Of a stretch of DNA of 58,922 bases, positions 27,084-36,889 are shown piece by piece. Below the pieces are notes generated by a model. The model saw nothing but the letters and a program-made list of their open reading frames with translations. It searched no databases and was not told the origin of the DNA. This stretch comes from Selenomonadaceae bacterium (GTDB lineage Bacteria; Bacillota; Negativicutes; Selenomonadales; Selenomonadaceae), in NCBI GenBank assembly GCA_045616885.1, contig JAZLHS010000011.1, positions 1 through 58,922 on the forward strand, given 5' to 3'. How positions within the stretch are numbered: position 1 is the stretch's first letter; every line of letters begins with the position of its first letter. Position numbers and translations under genes: made by a program.

Positions 27084-28361
27084 TTACTTCAACACCTGAG
27101 GCAGCCAGGTCGCCAGCTCCGGTATGAAGGCCAGCAGCAGAATTTCTCCGGCCATAATAACGACGAAGGGCATTGCACCGGCGATAATGTCTTCGATGCT
27201 TGACTCCTGACTGATACCCTTGATAACAAACAGGTTCATGCCGATAGGCGGCGTGATGAGTGCCAGCTCCATGTTAATGAGCAGGACTACATTGAACCAG
27301 ATAAGGTCAAAGCCAAGATGACGCATAATCGGATAAATCATCGGCAGAGTAATAAGGATGATGGATACCGTCTCCAGGAAGCATCCCAGGAACAGCAGCA
27401 CAATGTTGATGCCCAAGAAGATGACCCAGCGATTTACCTCCGCCTCGGTAACGATAGCCATCAGAGCCTGCGGTACCTGCAGTGCGGTCAGAATAAAACC
27501 GAAGAGCATCGCGCCAATCATGATAGCGAATATCATGGAAGTGGTTCGAACGGTAGCGACGAGAATATCATTCATATCGCCAAGCGAAACCGTCCGATAA
27601 ATGAAGAAGGTAATCACAAGGCTGTATACCGTACCGACAGCCGCAGCCTCCGTCGGCGTGAAGATACCGGAATAGATACCGCCGATAACGATGATTGGCA
27701 GCAGCAGACCCCAGAAGGACTCCTTCAGTATGGCCATGCGCTCCTCTATGGGAGCCAGCGGCTGGAGCTCCATATCCTTCGCCCGATAGACTACATAGCC
27801 GGCGAAGGCCAGTGTCAGCACGAGACCCGGCACAATACCGGACATAAACAGCTTGCCGACCGACTCATCGGTGATTGCACCGTAAAGAATCATCGGAATG
27901 CTTGGCGGAATCAGAATACCCAGCGTACCACCGGCCGCTACGGTACCAAGTACCTGCTTGCGGTCGTAGCCGCGAGAAAGCATTTCCGGTATGGCCATTG
28001 CGCCGATAGTTACCGCCGTAGCGACAGAGCTGCCGGAGATAGCGGCAAAGACAGCGCAGGCAAATACGGTCGCAATGCCAAGGCCGCCCGGCAGATGACC
28101 GAGCCACTTGGCTCCAAGTTCAAACAGATTTGCTCCGACCTTGCCCTTCAGCAATATCTGACTCATGAGTACATAGAGCGGGACAGCGGAAAGGACGAAG
28201 TCATCGAGTGTCTTGTAAGCAATAACCGGAATATGAGTGAGACCCGACAGACCGCCAAGGAACGCCACCATACCCATAGCACCTACGAGAGCCAGAGCAA
28301 AGGCTACCGGCATACCCAGCAGGAGCAGCAACATAAGAATCGCAATAAATCCGAAGAGCAT
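27084..28361 (-). CDS. dctM: TRAP transporter large permease
   Basis: DctM-type 12-TM protein. The ATG at 28361 (MLFGFIAILML...) follows GGGAGG and sits 1 nt after the dctQ stop. The ORF extends to 28400. Confidence 0.9.
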   Translation of the reverse strand: MLFGFIAILMLLLLLGMPVAFALALVGAMGMVAFLGGLSGLTHIPVIAYKTLDDFVLSAVPLYVLMSQILLKGKVGANLFELGAKWLGHLPGGLGIATVFACAVFAAISGSSVATAVTIGAMAIPEMLSRGYDRKQVLGTVAAGGTLGILIPPSIPMILYGAITDESVGKLFMSGIVPGLVLTLAFAGYVVYRAKDMELQPLAPIEERMAILKESFWGLLLPIIVIGGIYSGIFTPTEAAAVGTVYSLVITFFIYRTVSLGDMNDILVATVRTTSMIFAIMIGAMLFGFILTALQVPQALMAIVTEAEVNRWVIFLGINIVLLFLGCFLETVSIILITLPMIYPIMRHLGFDLIWFNVVLLINMELALITPPIGMNLFVIKGISQESSIEDIIAGAMPFVVIMAGEILLLAFIPELATWLPQVLK

Positions 28362-28362
28362 C

Positions 28363-28905
28363 TCAGTGACCTCCCTTCGGAGCCTTGTCACACTCAGCAA
28401 GCTTGCCGGTCACAAGGAAATAGATATCGAGGATAATGCGGCGAATAAGCTCCAGCATCAGGAGAGCCGAGCCCACCACCATAGAAATTTGCGGAATGTA
28501 AAGGGGGAAGCGAAGGATTGAAGGCGACAGCTTATTATACTTATAGGAAGCCATCACCATATCGGTGCTTTCAGTCATGAAGATAAAGAAAAGGAACACC
28601 GCAATAGCTGTCATCAGCAGACGAACCGCCGCACCAAGCCGCGGAGAAAAATGACTGGTGAGGATATCAACGCCAATGTGGGCTCCGTCACGAAAAGCAA
28701 CCGCAAAGCCCAAAAAGCCTGCCACGATAATCAGGTACGTCGATATCTCCAGCACCCACTCTGTGGGGGAGCCCAGAAGACCACGCATGATAATCTCATA
28801 GACTACGATGAAAGCAACAATCAATATACAGAGACCGGCGAGAGTTGCCGCTGTTCTGGTAACGAAGGTCAGAACGCGTTCAAGTCCCGTAAACAATGAT
28901 TTCAT
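28363..28905 (-). CDS. dctQ: TRAP transporter small permease
   Basis: 180 aa, 4 TM, located between dctP and dctM. Confidence 0.85.
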   Translation of the reverse strand: MKSLFTGLERVLTFVTRTAATLAGLCILIVAFIVVYEIIMRGLLGSPTEWVLEISTYLIIVAGFLGFAVAFRDGAHIGVDILTSHFSPRLGAAVRLLMTAIAVFLFFIFMTESTDMVMASYKYNKLSPSILRFPLYIPQISMVVGSALLMLELIRRIILDIYFLVTGKLAECDKAPKGGH

Positions 28906-28973
28906 AATCGGAAAACTCCTAAAAATTCAGCCGGCCTCAGACCGAGGCCGGCTGCAGAACTCAGTTGAACAGA

Positions 28974-30017
28974 TTACTTGTTAGCAGCGAGGCACTGATC
29001 TACAAGAGTCTTGCCAAGCTTCGGATTGTTCTTGATGAAGTCTTCACGAACCTGCTTGGTGGCCTCCTGCCAGAGAGCAACCTCGTTTGCCGGAACCTGA
29101 TATACTTCCATACCGGCCTTGGCCAGATCATCCATAGCCTTCAGGTCAGCAGCCTTGGTCTCGCTGTGAATCTTGGCGCGAGCCTCTTCAGCGCACTCGT
29201 TGATAATCTTCTTCTGGTCGGCGGAGAGCTTCTCATAAGCTTTGCCGTTCATAGCAACAACGAACTCACAGAAAGCGTGGTTGGTCATGGTAAGGTACTT
29301 GGCTACTTCATAAATCTTACGGTTGAAGGTTGCGGTGGTACCGGAAACCTGACCGTCGATAGTGCCGCGCTGGATACCCATGTAAACTTCACTGGAACCC
29401 ATGGTTACCGGAGAAGCGCCGAGAGCCTTAATGGTCTCAGCCGGAATCTGGCCGTAGCCGCGAATCTGGAGGCCCTTGAAATCCTCCGGCTTCTTCAGCG
29501 GACGCTTGTTGTTGCAGACCTGAATGTAACCGTAGTCAGCCCAGATGAGCGGATGAACGCCCTTCTTCTCCATTTCGGCGGAAAGGGTCTTGCCGAACTC
29601 ACCGGTCATCGCCTTAGTAACGGAATCATAGGTAGTCATGAGGAACGGAACGTCGAGGACAGCCAGCTCGGGAACTACAGTAGTCCACATAGCGGTGGAG
29701 TTCAGACCGATATCGAGGCCGCCGTTCATGATGGCATCATTCATGCTCTTGTCATTGTAAAGCTGACCGGCCGGATAAGTGGTAATCTTTATCTGACCCT
29801 TGGACTTCTCATTGACATTCTTGGCGAAAAGCTCAATGTTCTTGGAAAGATAATGCTCGGCAGGCAGCTGATAAGCCAGCTTCAGCTCTACCGGCTTGCC
29901 GGCAGCAGCTTTGTCATCCTTCGGAGCCTCAGACTTGCCAAGACCACAGCCTGCCATCACCATCATGCTGAGAAGCGTAATGGCTGTCAGGAAAAGCTTC
30001 AGAGTTTTCTTCTTCAT
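28974..30017 (-). CDS. dctP: TRAP transporter substrate-binding protein (DctP family lipoprotein)
   Basis: 347 aa. Lipobox MVMAGC. DctP-like KLAYQLPAEHYLSK...YPAGQLYNDKS pattern. Confidence 0.9.
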   Translation of the reverse strand: MKKKTLKLFLTAITLLSMMVMAGCGLGKSEAPKDDKAAAGKPVELKLAYQLPAEHYLSKNIELFAKNVNEKSKGQIKITTYPAGQLYNDKSMNDAIMNGGLDIGLNSTAMWTTVVPELAVLDVPFLMTTYDSVTKAMTGEFGKTLSAEMEKKGVHPLIWADYGYIQVCNNKRPLKKPEDFKGLQIRGYGQIPAETIKALGASPVTMGSSEVYMGIQRGTIDGQVSGTTATFNRKIYEVAKYLTMTNHAFCEFVVAMNGKAYEKLSADQKKIINECAEEARAKIHSETKAADLKAMDDLAKAGMEVYQVPANEVALWQEATKQVREDFIKNNPKLGKTLVDQCLAANK

Positions 30018-30090
30018 TTCTTATTTCCCCCTGTGTAATACTTACAATAGAGCCAGCAAAAAACGAACCGGCTCCGCAGATATACGACAT

Positions 30091-30119
30091 AGTATAACCA
30101 CGCAGCCGGAAAAATGCAA
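30091..30119 (-). promoter_or_regulatory. putative promoter of the TRAP (dctPQM) operon
   Basis: Minus strand TTGCAT (30119-30114), 17 nt, TATACT (30096-30091). Upstream is a TGTAAA(C)...TTTACA inverted repeat (30147-30171) plus an extra TGTAAA (30139), a possible operator. Confidence 0.5.
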
Positions 30120-30223
30120 GAGAAACTTCACAAATAATTGTAAATCTGTAAACAAAGATGACCATTTTACAGCAAAGTGCTCTGTAGTGTTCAGTTTTTT
30201 CTGTCAACTCCTGACTGTTTCTG

Positions 30224-30895
30224 TCAGTCAAGAGTTATTATCTTACGCTTCAAGCAGTAGAGCAATGCCTGAGTACGATCATTTACTCCCAGCTTCCGGA
30301 AAATATTGGTAAGATGGTTCTTGACAGTCTTTTCGCTGACGAAGAGAGCTGCCGCAATGTCCTGATTGGAGAAGCCCTTGGCAATGCAGGTCAGCACATC
30401 CATCTCACGCTCGGTGAGGCGTCCGCCACGGCTGGTTCGCCACAGCTCGGCAATGCGCGGCTCCAGGTCTTCATCATCGGAGATGGTACCGAATATTCTC
30501 TCTACCAATGTAGGATGAATGAAAGTCTGACCGGCAGCTACTGCATGAATGGCCTTCACCAGTGTTGCCGGCTCCACATCCTTCAGCAGATAGCCCGGCG
30601 CACCGATGCGAAGCATCTCCAGTACATAATTGGATGAGTCATGAACAGTAAGAATGATGATGCGGGTCTTTACCTTAGCCGCCAAAATCTGGCGTGTGAC
30701 CTCGATGCCGGAGAGGACAGGCATATTTATATCCAGCAGGAGAACATCCGGCTGAAGAACAAGGGTGCGAGCCAGCGCTTCCTGTCCGTCGGCAGCCTCA
30801 CCGACCACCTCAAGATCGTCTTCAAAGTTGAGGACTCGTTTGATTCCATGGCGAAGCAGCGCATGGTCATCGGCAATCAAAACTTTTATCGACAT
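30224..30895 (-). CDS. NarL/FixJ-family response regulator, DegU-like
   Basis: 223 aa. REC domain (ADDH...DINMP) plus LuxR HTH. The pattern VHDSSNYVLEMLRIGAPGYLLK and FVSEKTVKNHLTNIFRKLGVNDRTQA parallels Bacillus DegU as I remember it. Confidence 0.85.
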   Translation of the reverse strand: MSIKVLIADDHALLRHGIKRVLNFEDDLEVVGEAADGQEALARTLVLQPDVLLLDINMPVLSGIEVTRQILAAKVKTRIIILTVHDSSNYVLEMLRIGAPGYLLKDVEPATLVKAIHAVAAGQTFIHPTLVERIFGTISDDEDLEPRIAELWRTSRGGRLTEREMDVLTCIAKGFSNQDIAAALFVSEKTVKNHLTNIFRKLGVNDRTQALLYCLKRKIITLD

Positions 30896-30905
30896 ACTAC
30901 CAGCC

Positions 30906-32360
30906 TCACTTTTTCTCTTTCGCTGCCATCAGCCCCGGACCCATAATGCGTTTATAGGCTTCAACTCCCGGCTGATTGAACGCATCAACATCCGCCAGCT
31001 CGCCCTCATAGGCTACAGACAGAGCCAGCATATACATCAGCTCACCGAGGTGATATTCGTTCAGCTTCGGCAATGTATAAACGGCACTGTAGCGGCCGCC
31101 CTCCTTCAACGCCTGAGCATTGGCTGCCCGGGCTACTTCCAGAGCATCACTCATGGTAACACCGGCTATATCACTCAGCTTCGGTGCCGAGGGGAAAACA
31201 TCGGGAACTACATAATCATCTTCCCAATCGGCCACCCGGATAAACTGGACGACTTTGTTCAGCTTTCCTTCCTGATGCTGCTGAGTCTGAGCATGCATAT
31301 CGGTGGTGCCTACCGCTACGATAGGAGTACGTCCGTAAGGGGTCTTCTCGCCGCTGCGGCGCTCCCCCTTGCCAAGCGATTCAGCCAGCAGCTGAATGTA
31401 CCACTCAGACAGAGACTTCAGATAATCGCCGTATGGCATCATGACCTCCAGGTCACGACCATGCTTCTCTCCCGCAAGGTATTTCAATGCCGCATTCATC
31501 AGGGCCGGATTTTTCGTCACATCATCGGTGATACAGGCCTCATCCATTGCTTTGGCTCCAGCCAGGAACTGTCGAATGTCGAAGCCGACGCAGGCTGCCA
31601 ATGTCAAACCAACATCACAGAATACACTGAAGCGCCCGCCGACTCCATCGGGAACCGAATACTGCGGCCAGCCCTGCTCCATAGCCAGCTTTTTCAGCAG
31701 CGTAGGCTTCTCGGTGTTGGGATCGGTTACGGCTACGACCTCAGTCTTTATGCCCTGACTTTTCTTCAGCTCATCGTACAGCACCATGAAATTTGACATG
31801 GTGTCCAGCGTACCGCCAGACTTGCTGATGACCAGCAGCAGCACCGTCAGCTCACGCTTTCGGTGGCTGTTGCTTATTGCCGCTTTATGCTTAAGGTGGT
31901 TTATTAGATCTCTTGTACGGCGCGGGTCAATATTCTGCCCGGAGAAGTATATCTCCGGCAGGCCGTCACGCTCTTCCGCCGTCTTGCTGTTCCAGAACTC
32001 TCCGCACTTCACATCGAAGAGCACCTTGTTTCCCAGATAAGAGCCACCGATACCAAGACTAACCACGACGTCGACACGATTTCTTACCGAATCTGTAAGT
32101 TCGTCCAGACGAGCCAGACTGGCTTCACTGTTCAGATGGTCATCGGCTATATAGGGAAGCTGAGAGAAAAGAACCTTTTCCGGCGTTCCGTCCTTGGAAA
32201 GATGACCTCGGATAACTCCCGTTTCCCGCATGACAGCAATCGCCTCACAGGCTTTCTTTATCTCCGGCGCCAAACCGGCCAGCTCTGAGGGCGTAACAGA
32301 ATTGTCACCGTATAGATTTTCAAAATCAAAGGAAAACCCGGAGGGCAAAGTAATCGACAT
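30906..32360 (-). CDS. pgi: glucose-6-phosphate isomerase
   Basis: 484 aa. SIS/PGI motifs (LGIGGSYLG, ISKSGGTLDT). Confidence 0.85.
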   Translation of the reverse strand: MSITLPSGFSFDFENLYGDNSVTPSELAGLAPEIKKACEAIAVMRETGVIRGHLSKDGTPEKVLFSQLPYIADDHLNSEASLARLDELTDSVRNRVDVVVSLGIGGSYLGNKVLFDVKCGEFWNSKTAEERDGLPEIYFSGQNIDPRRTRDLINHLKHKAAISNSHRKRELTVLLLVISKSGGTLDTMSNFMVLYDELKKSQGIKTEVVAVTDPNTEKPTLLKKLAMEQGWPQYSVPDGVGGRFSVFCDVGLTLAACVGFDIRQFLAGAKAMDEACITDDVTKNPALMNAALKYLAGEKHGRDLEVMMPYGDYLKSLSEWYIQLLAESLGKGERRSGEKTPYGRTPIVAVGTTDMHAQTQQHQEGKLNKVVQFIRVADWEDDYVVPDVFPSAPKLSDIAGVTMSDALEVARAANAQALKEGGRYSAVYTLPKLNEYHLGELMYMLALSVAYEGELADVDAFNQPGVEAYKRIMGPGLMAAKEKK

Positions 32361-32389
32361 AAGTCATCTCTCCTTCCCATTAATACTTT

Positions 32390-33274
32390 TTACTTCACAA
32401 ACGTAGGCAGTGTCCTGCTAAGGTACTCAATAAATCTTTCCCGAAGGTCGGGGCGCTTTAGAGCCTGCTCCACCGTAGCCTCCAGAAAGCCTTCCTTATC
32501 GCCGATATCATAGCGGCGGCCGGAGAAGCTGTACGCAAAGACAGAATCCTTTGCTGCCAGCACTTTCAGCGCATCGGTGAGCTGTATCTCGCCGCCTTTT
32601 CCCGGCGGTGTAGTTTCCAATATATCGAAAATCTCCGGAGCAAGGATGTAGCGTCCAAGGACAGCCAGACGGGAGGGAGCCTCCTCTACCGCCGGCTTCT
32701 CAATCATATCCTTCGCCTGCCAGATATTTTCTTTTTTCTTCACGCCATCCACGATACCGTAGGCACTGACCTTGTCCTGCGGAACTTCCTGACAGCCAAG
32801 TATCGTCCCGCCTACATCACGCCAGGCGGATACCAGCTGCTTCAGGCAGGGTACCTCAGCATCCACCAGATCATCGCCAAGAAGAACGGCAAAGGGCTCG
32901 TTGCCGATGAACTGCTTTGCACAGAGGACAGCATGGCCAAGTCCCTTCGTTTCTTTCTGACGGATAAAGTGGATAGGAACATCGCTTATCTCCCGGATAG
33001 TCTCCAGAAGATCATACTTGCCGCTCTCTTCCAGCTGAAGCTCCAGCTCAATATTCCGGTCAAAGTGATCCTCAATGGCGCGCTTATTACGGCCGGTTAT
33101 GATGAGTATCTCATCTATTCCGCTGTTCAGTGCTTCTTCGATAATGAATTGGATGGCAGGCTTATCCACAATAGGAAGCATTTCCTTCGGCTGCGCCTTG
33201 GTGGCGGGAAGGAAACGAGTTCCCAATCCGGCTGCCGGAATAACAGCCTTATGAATGTGAAAGTTTTTCTTCAT
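32390..33274 (-). CDS. galU: UTP--glucose-1-phosphate uridylyltransferase
   Basis: 294 aa. N-terminal KAVIPAAGLGTRFLPATKAQPKEMLPIVDKP. Confidence 0.95.
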   Translation of the reverse strand: MKKNFHIHKAVIPAAGLGTRFLPATKAQPKEMLPIVDKPAIQFIIEEALNSGIDEILIITGRNKRAIEDHFDRNIELELQLEESGKYDLLETIREISDVPIHFIRQKETKGLGHAVLCAKQFIGNEPFAVLLGDDLVDAEVPCLKQLVSAWRDVGGTILGCQEVPQDKVSAYGIVDGVKKKENIWQAKDMIEKPAVEEAPSRLAVLGRYILAPEIFDILETTPPGKGGEIQLTDALKVLAAKDSVFAYSFSGRRYDIGDKEGFLEATVEQALKRPDLRERFIEYLSRTLPTFVK

Positions 33275-33280
33275 TTCTGC

Positions 33281-34648
33281 TCACTTACGAATCTTCGCCA
33301 GCAGTTCCTCAGTCTTCTCTGCCAGCAGCCTCTTGTCACCCTTTGTCTCAACATTCAGTCGAATGACCGGCTCGGTGTTGGACATGCGGAGATTGAAGCG
33401 CCAAGTATCAAAGGTCACGGATATGCCGTCAATCTTGACGACCTCAGCTCCCGGCATAGCACCGTACTCAGCCTCAAGGGCATCAAGGATAGGCTTTGCG
33501 TCGGCGACAGTGCTGTTTATCTCGCCGGAGCAGGGGAACATCTCCATGCGCTCTTCAATCTGCGCAGAGAAAGGAGCATCCGCCTCGGAAAGGAGAGAAA
33601 GAACGATAAGGAAGGGCAGCATGCCGCTGTCGCAGTAGCTGAAATCACGGAAGTAATGATGAGCACTCATCTCACCGCCGTAAACAGCATCCTCTTTCCT
33701 CATTCTTTCCTTAATAAATGCATGACCGCTCTTGGAAAGTATCGGCTTACCGCCGGCCTTCTTTACGATATCCAGAGTGTTCCAGATGACCCGGGGATCG
33801 TAGATAACTCCGCCGCCTGGATTCTTCTTCAGGAAGTTCTGCGCCAGATATCCGACCATATAGTAGCCTTCAAGGAAGGTTCCCTTCTCATCAAAGAAGA
33901 AGCAGCGGTCAAAATCGCCATCCCAAGCAACGCCCAGGTCGGCCTTGTTATCAATGACGGCCTTTCTGGTAACATCACGATTTTCAACAAGAATCGGATT
34001 CGGTACACCGTTGGGGAACGTTCCGTCAGGCTCATTGAAAACCTTGATGAGCTTGACCGGCAGTTTCTTTTCGACCAAATCGAGGAAAGGCCCTACTGCG
34101 CCGTTGCCGGCATTGGCCACAACAGTAAGAGGCTTCAGCTTCGTCACATCGATGTAGCTGAGTACATGGTCAATATAGTCTGCGGTGACATCAACCTGCT
34201 TTATCTCACCTGGCACAGCCGCCATAGCCGGCAGTTCTTCATTGATAGCTGCCGCCAAATCCTTCAGGCCGGTATCGGCAGAGATAGGACGAGCGCCTTC
34301 TCTCACCAGCTTCATACCGTTGTAGTCCTTCGGATTGTGGCTGGCCGTAATCATCACACCGCCGCCAGCCTTCAGGTGAGCCGTAGCAAAGTATATCATT
34401 TCCGTACCGCACTGTCCGATATCGCTGACCTCAACGCCGCTCTCTGACAGACCTTTTGCAAGTGCCGCCTTTATGGACGGACCGGAGAGACGGATATCAT
34501 TACCTACTACAACCTTCTCGGCACCGAACAATGCCTTGAAGCAGCGGCCGATGCGATAAGCCATCTCCTCATTAATCTCACCGGGATAAATACCACGGAG
34601 GTCGTAGGCTCCGAAAGCCTTTGTCGAAATTTTCTCCATTTGCTCCAC
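33281..34648 (-). CDS. phosphomannomutase/phosphoglucomutase
   Basis: 455 aa. Active-site ITASHNPKDYNGMK, metal loop WDGDFDR. Confidence 0.9.
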   Translation of the reverse strand: MEQMEKISTKAFGAYDLRGIYPGEINEEMAYRIGRCFKALFGAEKVVVGNDIRLSGPSIKAALAKGLSESGVEVSDIGQCGTEMIYFATAHLKAGGGVMITASHNPKDYNGMKLVREGARPISADTGLKDLAAAINEELPAMAAVPGEIKQVDVTADYIDHVLSYIDVTKLKPLTVVANAGNGAVGPFLDLVEKKLPVKLIKVFNEPDGTFPNGVPNPILVENRDVTRKAVIDNKADLGVAWDGDFDRCFFFDEKGTFLEGYYMVGYLAQNFLKKNPGGGVIYDPRVIWNTLDIVKKAGGKPILSKSGHAFIKERMRKEDAVYGGEMSAHHYFRDFSYCDSGMLPFLIVLSLLSEADAPFSAQIEERMEMFPCSGEINSTVADAKPILDALEAEYGAMPGAEVVKIDGISVTFDTWRFNLRMSNTEPVIRLNVETKGDKRLLAEKTEELLAKIRK

Positions 34649-34716
34649 CTCAAATCTTAAAAACAGCCTAATCTACGAGTCTCGCGCCCAATTTAAGTGT
34701 AAAAATAATAAGTCCC

Positions 34717-34760
34717 ATAAAAATAATCCTATAGGTAAATATACCTAATAGGATTATTTT
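34717..34760 (-). terminator. intrinsic terminator after the MATE gene
   Basis: The minus strand has an AT-rich long stem AATAATCCTATTAGGTAT / TACCTATAGGATTATT, then TTTTATGGG. Confidence 0.55.
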
Positions 34761-34762
34761 TG

Positions 34763-36109
34763 TCAAGTTATATTCTGCTGTCTGAAAAAGGTCCTACGCG
34801 TGAAGTAATACGCAACCGCCAAGGGCAGTAGCGAACCTACCCACGCCATTGGACTGGCCCAGCAGGCACCGAGGTAGCCATAAATATCGCACAGCCAAAA
34901 TGCCGCTACGCTTCGCATTATCAGCTCCATCACACCGGCAATCGTCGGAACGACAGTCTGGCCAAGACCCTGCAGCGTGTTTCTCAGGATGAACAGCAGA
35001 CTAAGTATAAAGTAGCAGCAGCCGTTCACAGTCAGAAAAATTCTGCCGTACTCCACAACTTCGGCCGCACTTTCACCCTCCACAAAAATCTCCATGAAGA
35101 AGCTGCCGCAGGTATAGAGCAAAATTCCCACAGCTATGCTGAAGCCGCCGGACATCTTCACGGCCTCCTTCACTCCCTGACTGATTCGCTCCAGCTTCCC
35201 CGCTCCATAATTCTGCGCCGAAAATGCCGCCATAGCCAGACCGAAGGAAATCATGGGCATGATTGCAATAGTCTCTACCTTCATAGCAGCCGCATAGCTG
35301 GCTACCGGAATCGGGCCGAGGCGATTCAGTGCCACCTGCAGTACGATAGTGCCCATTGCAATGATAGTCATCTGGAAGCCCATAGGCAGCCCGAGCCGCA
35401 GATGAGCATAGAGGTCACTCCAGGTCACCCGCCAATCATCGCCTTGAGGAATAACAATCGGCAGACGGCGGCGAATGTGGATAAGGCAGGCAGCAATGCT
35501 GAACACCTGACCGCAGGCAGTAGCCAAGGCAGCACCGGCAACGCCCCACTTCAGCCAGAGGATGAACACCGGTTCAAAGGCGATGTTCAGTCCCAGCGAC
35601 AGAGCCAGCATAATTGTCGCTGTCCGACTGTCGCCAAGCACCCGGATAACATTCGTCAGAAGACCAAACAAAACCCCAAGGGGAGTCGCTCCCGCAAAGA
35701 CCATAATGAAGGTCCTTGCATCTTCATATATCTCCGGCGGAGTCTCCATGACCATCAATATTTTTGGTATAGACAGCACGGATACAGTGGTAAGGACCGC
35801 AGCAAAAATCAGGCTGGCCACCAGACAGGTAGCCGAGCTACGGCGAACGCCTTTCTCATCTCCCGCGCCGAAACGCTGACCCATAACCAAAGCCAGTCCG
35901 TTTGTCGTCCCCAGTATAAGACCGATAAGGAGAAACATCAGGCAGCCGGTACAGCCTACCGCCGCCAAAGCATGAACCCCCAGCCAGCGGCCGACGATGA
36001 GAGTATCCACGAAGGCGTAGAGCTGCTGGAAAATATTTCCGGCGATAAGCGGCAGTGTAAAATGCCAGATAAGACTCGCCGGATCTCCCTCGGTAAGATT
36101 TTTTGTCAT
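34763..36109 (-). CDS. MATE-family efflux transporter
   Basis: 448 aa, 12 TM. N-terminal ...TLPLIAGNIFQQLYAFVDTLIVGRWLG is a typical MATE start. Confidence 0.85.
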   Translation of the reverse strand: MTKNLTEGDPASLIWHFTLPLIAGNIFQQLYAFVDTLIVGRWLGVHALAAVGCTGCLMFLLIGLILGTTNGLALVMGQRFGAGDEKGVRRSSATCLVASLIFAAVLTTVSVLSIPKILMVMETPPEIYEDARTFIMVFAGATPLGVLFGLLTNVIRVLGDSRTATIMLALSLGLNIAFEPVFILWLKWGVAGAALATACGQVFSIAACLIHIRRRLPIVIPQGDDWRVTWSDLYAHLRLGLPMGFQMTIIAMGTIVLQVALNRLGPIPVASYAAAMKVETIAIMPMISFGLAMAAFSAQNYGAGKLERISQGVKEAVKMSGGFSIAVGILLYTCGSFFMEIFVEGESAAEVVEYGRIFLTVNGCCYFILSLLFILRNTLQGLGQTVVPTIAGVMELIMRSVAAFWLCDIYGYLGACWASPMAWVGSLLPLAVAYYFTRRTFFRQQNIT

Positions 36110-36121
36110 AGTCTTGCTTTC

Positions 36122-36889
36122 TTATTCAATATACTTCGTCACCATCGTCCGCAGTCGTTCCCTCAGGACAACCGTGGTGTCATAAAGAGCCTCTGCCGAA
36201 GGTGCAAGATAATTGTAATGGAATGTCGTCATCTTGCTGGCAAGGTAATCCGTGGGATAAGCTGTGACTTCAATGCCGTTTTTTGCAAAATTCATTACAG
36301 CTCGCTCCATGTGGGTAGCACTGGTAACGAGGATAGGATGAAGCAGTCCGTTCTCGCGGAGTATTTCCGCCGAGAAGCGGGCATTCTGCCCGGTAGTCTG
36401 ACTTTTGTTTTCTACTAGGATTTTTTCTGTCGGCACGCCGAGAGACAGCAGAATTCTTCGGGCGATATCCGCTTCATTTCCCGTGTTCTGATAGACCTGT
36501 CCTCCGGAAAGAAGGATAGGCAGTCCCAGCTTCTTATGGAGCCGCAGTGCCGTCAGCAAACGACTGGAAGGTATGCTGGTAAGGACACCCATGCCGTCCA
36601 TGTCCGGAACATCGCCGAAGGCACCGCCGCCCAGCATGATGATGACATCTCCCGTCGGATTTTCCGGCGGTGTATAAGTGCTTTCCAGCTCCTTCACCAG
36701 CAGCGATGAAATAAGCGGCGTCGACAGCAGATACATGATGAGCGCCAACGAGGACACGAAGGCCGCAAGTCTTCGTTTCGCCGCCTTCCACAGACGCCTT
36801 ACGAGATAAATGAGCGCCAGCAGAAATATTCCCGGCGGCAGCAGCCAGGCCGCACCGAATTTACAAAGAAAGATAACGTTGTCTAGCAT
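36122..36889 (-). CDS. YdcF/ElyC-family (DUF218) protein
   Basis: 255 aa. N-terminal TMs, GDVIIMLGGG and LLSGGQ motifs of DUF218. Confidence 0.75.
   Translation of the reverse strand: MLDNVIFLCKFGAAWLLPPGIFLLALIYLVRRLWKAAKRRLAAFVSSLALIMYLLSTPLISSLLVKELESTYTPPENPTGDVIIMLGGGAFGDVPDMDGMGVLTSIPSSRLLTALRLHKKLGLPILLSGGQVYQNTGNEADIARRILLSLGVPTEKILVENKSQTTGQNARFSAEILRENGLLHPILVTSATHMERAVMNFAKNGIEVTAYPTDYLASKMTTFHYNYLAPSAEALYDTTVVLRERLRTMVTKYIE

Noticed and set aside
27318-30038. Plus-strand ORFs 27318-28436 and 28965-30038, opposite the TRAP transporter genes.
   Set aside because: They are antisense to clear DctM, DctQ and DctP frames. The same reasoning applies to 3229-4644, 25243-26154, 32933-34447, 35402-36418, 36991-38022, 42569-44530, 44579-45457 and 46073-47116.
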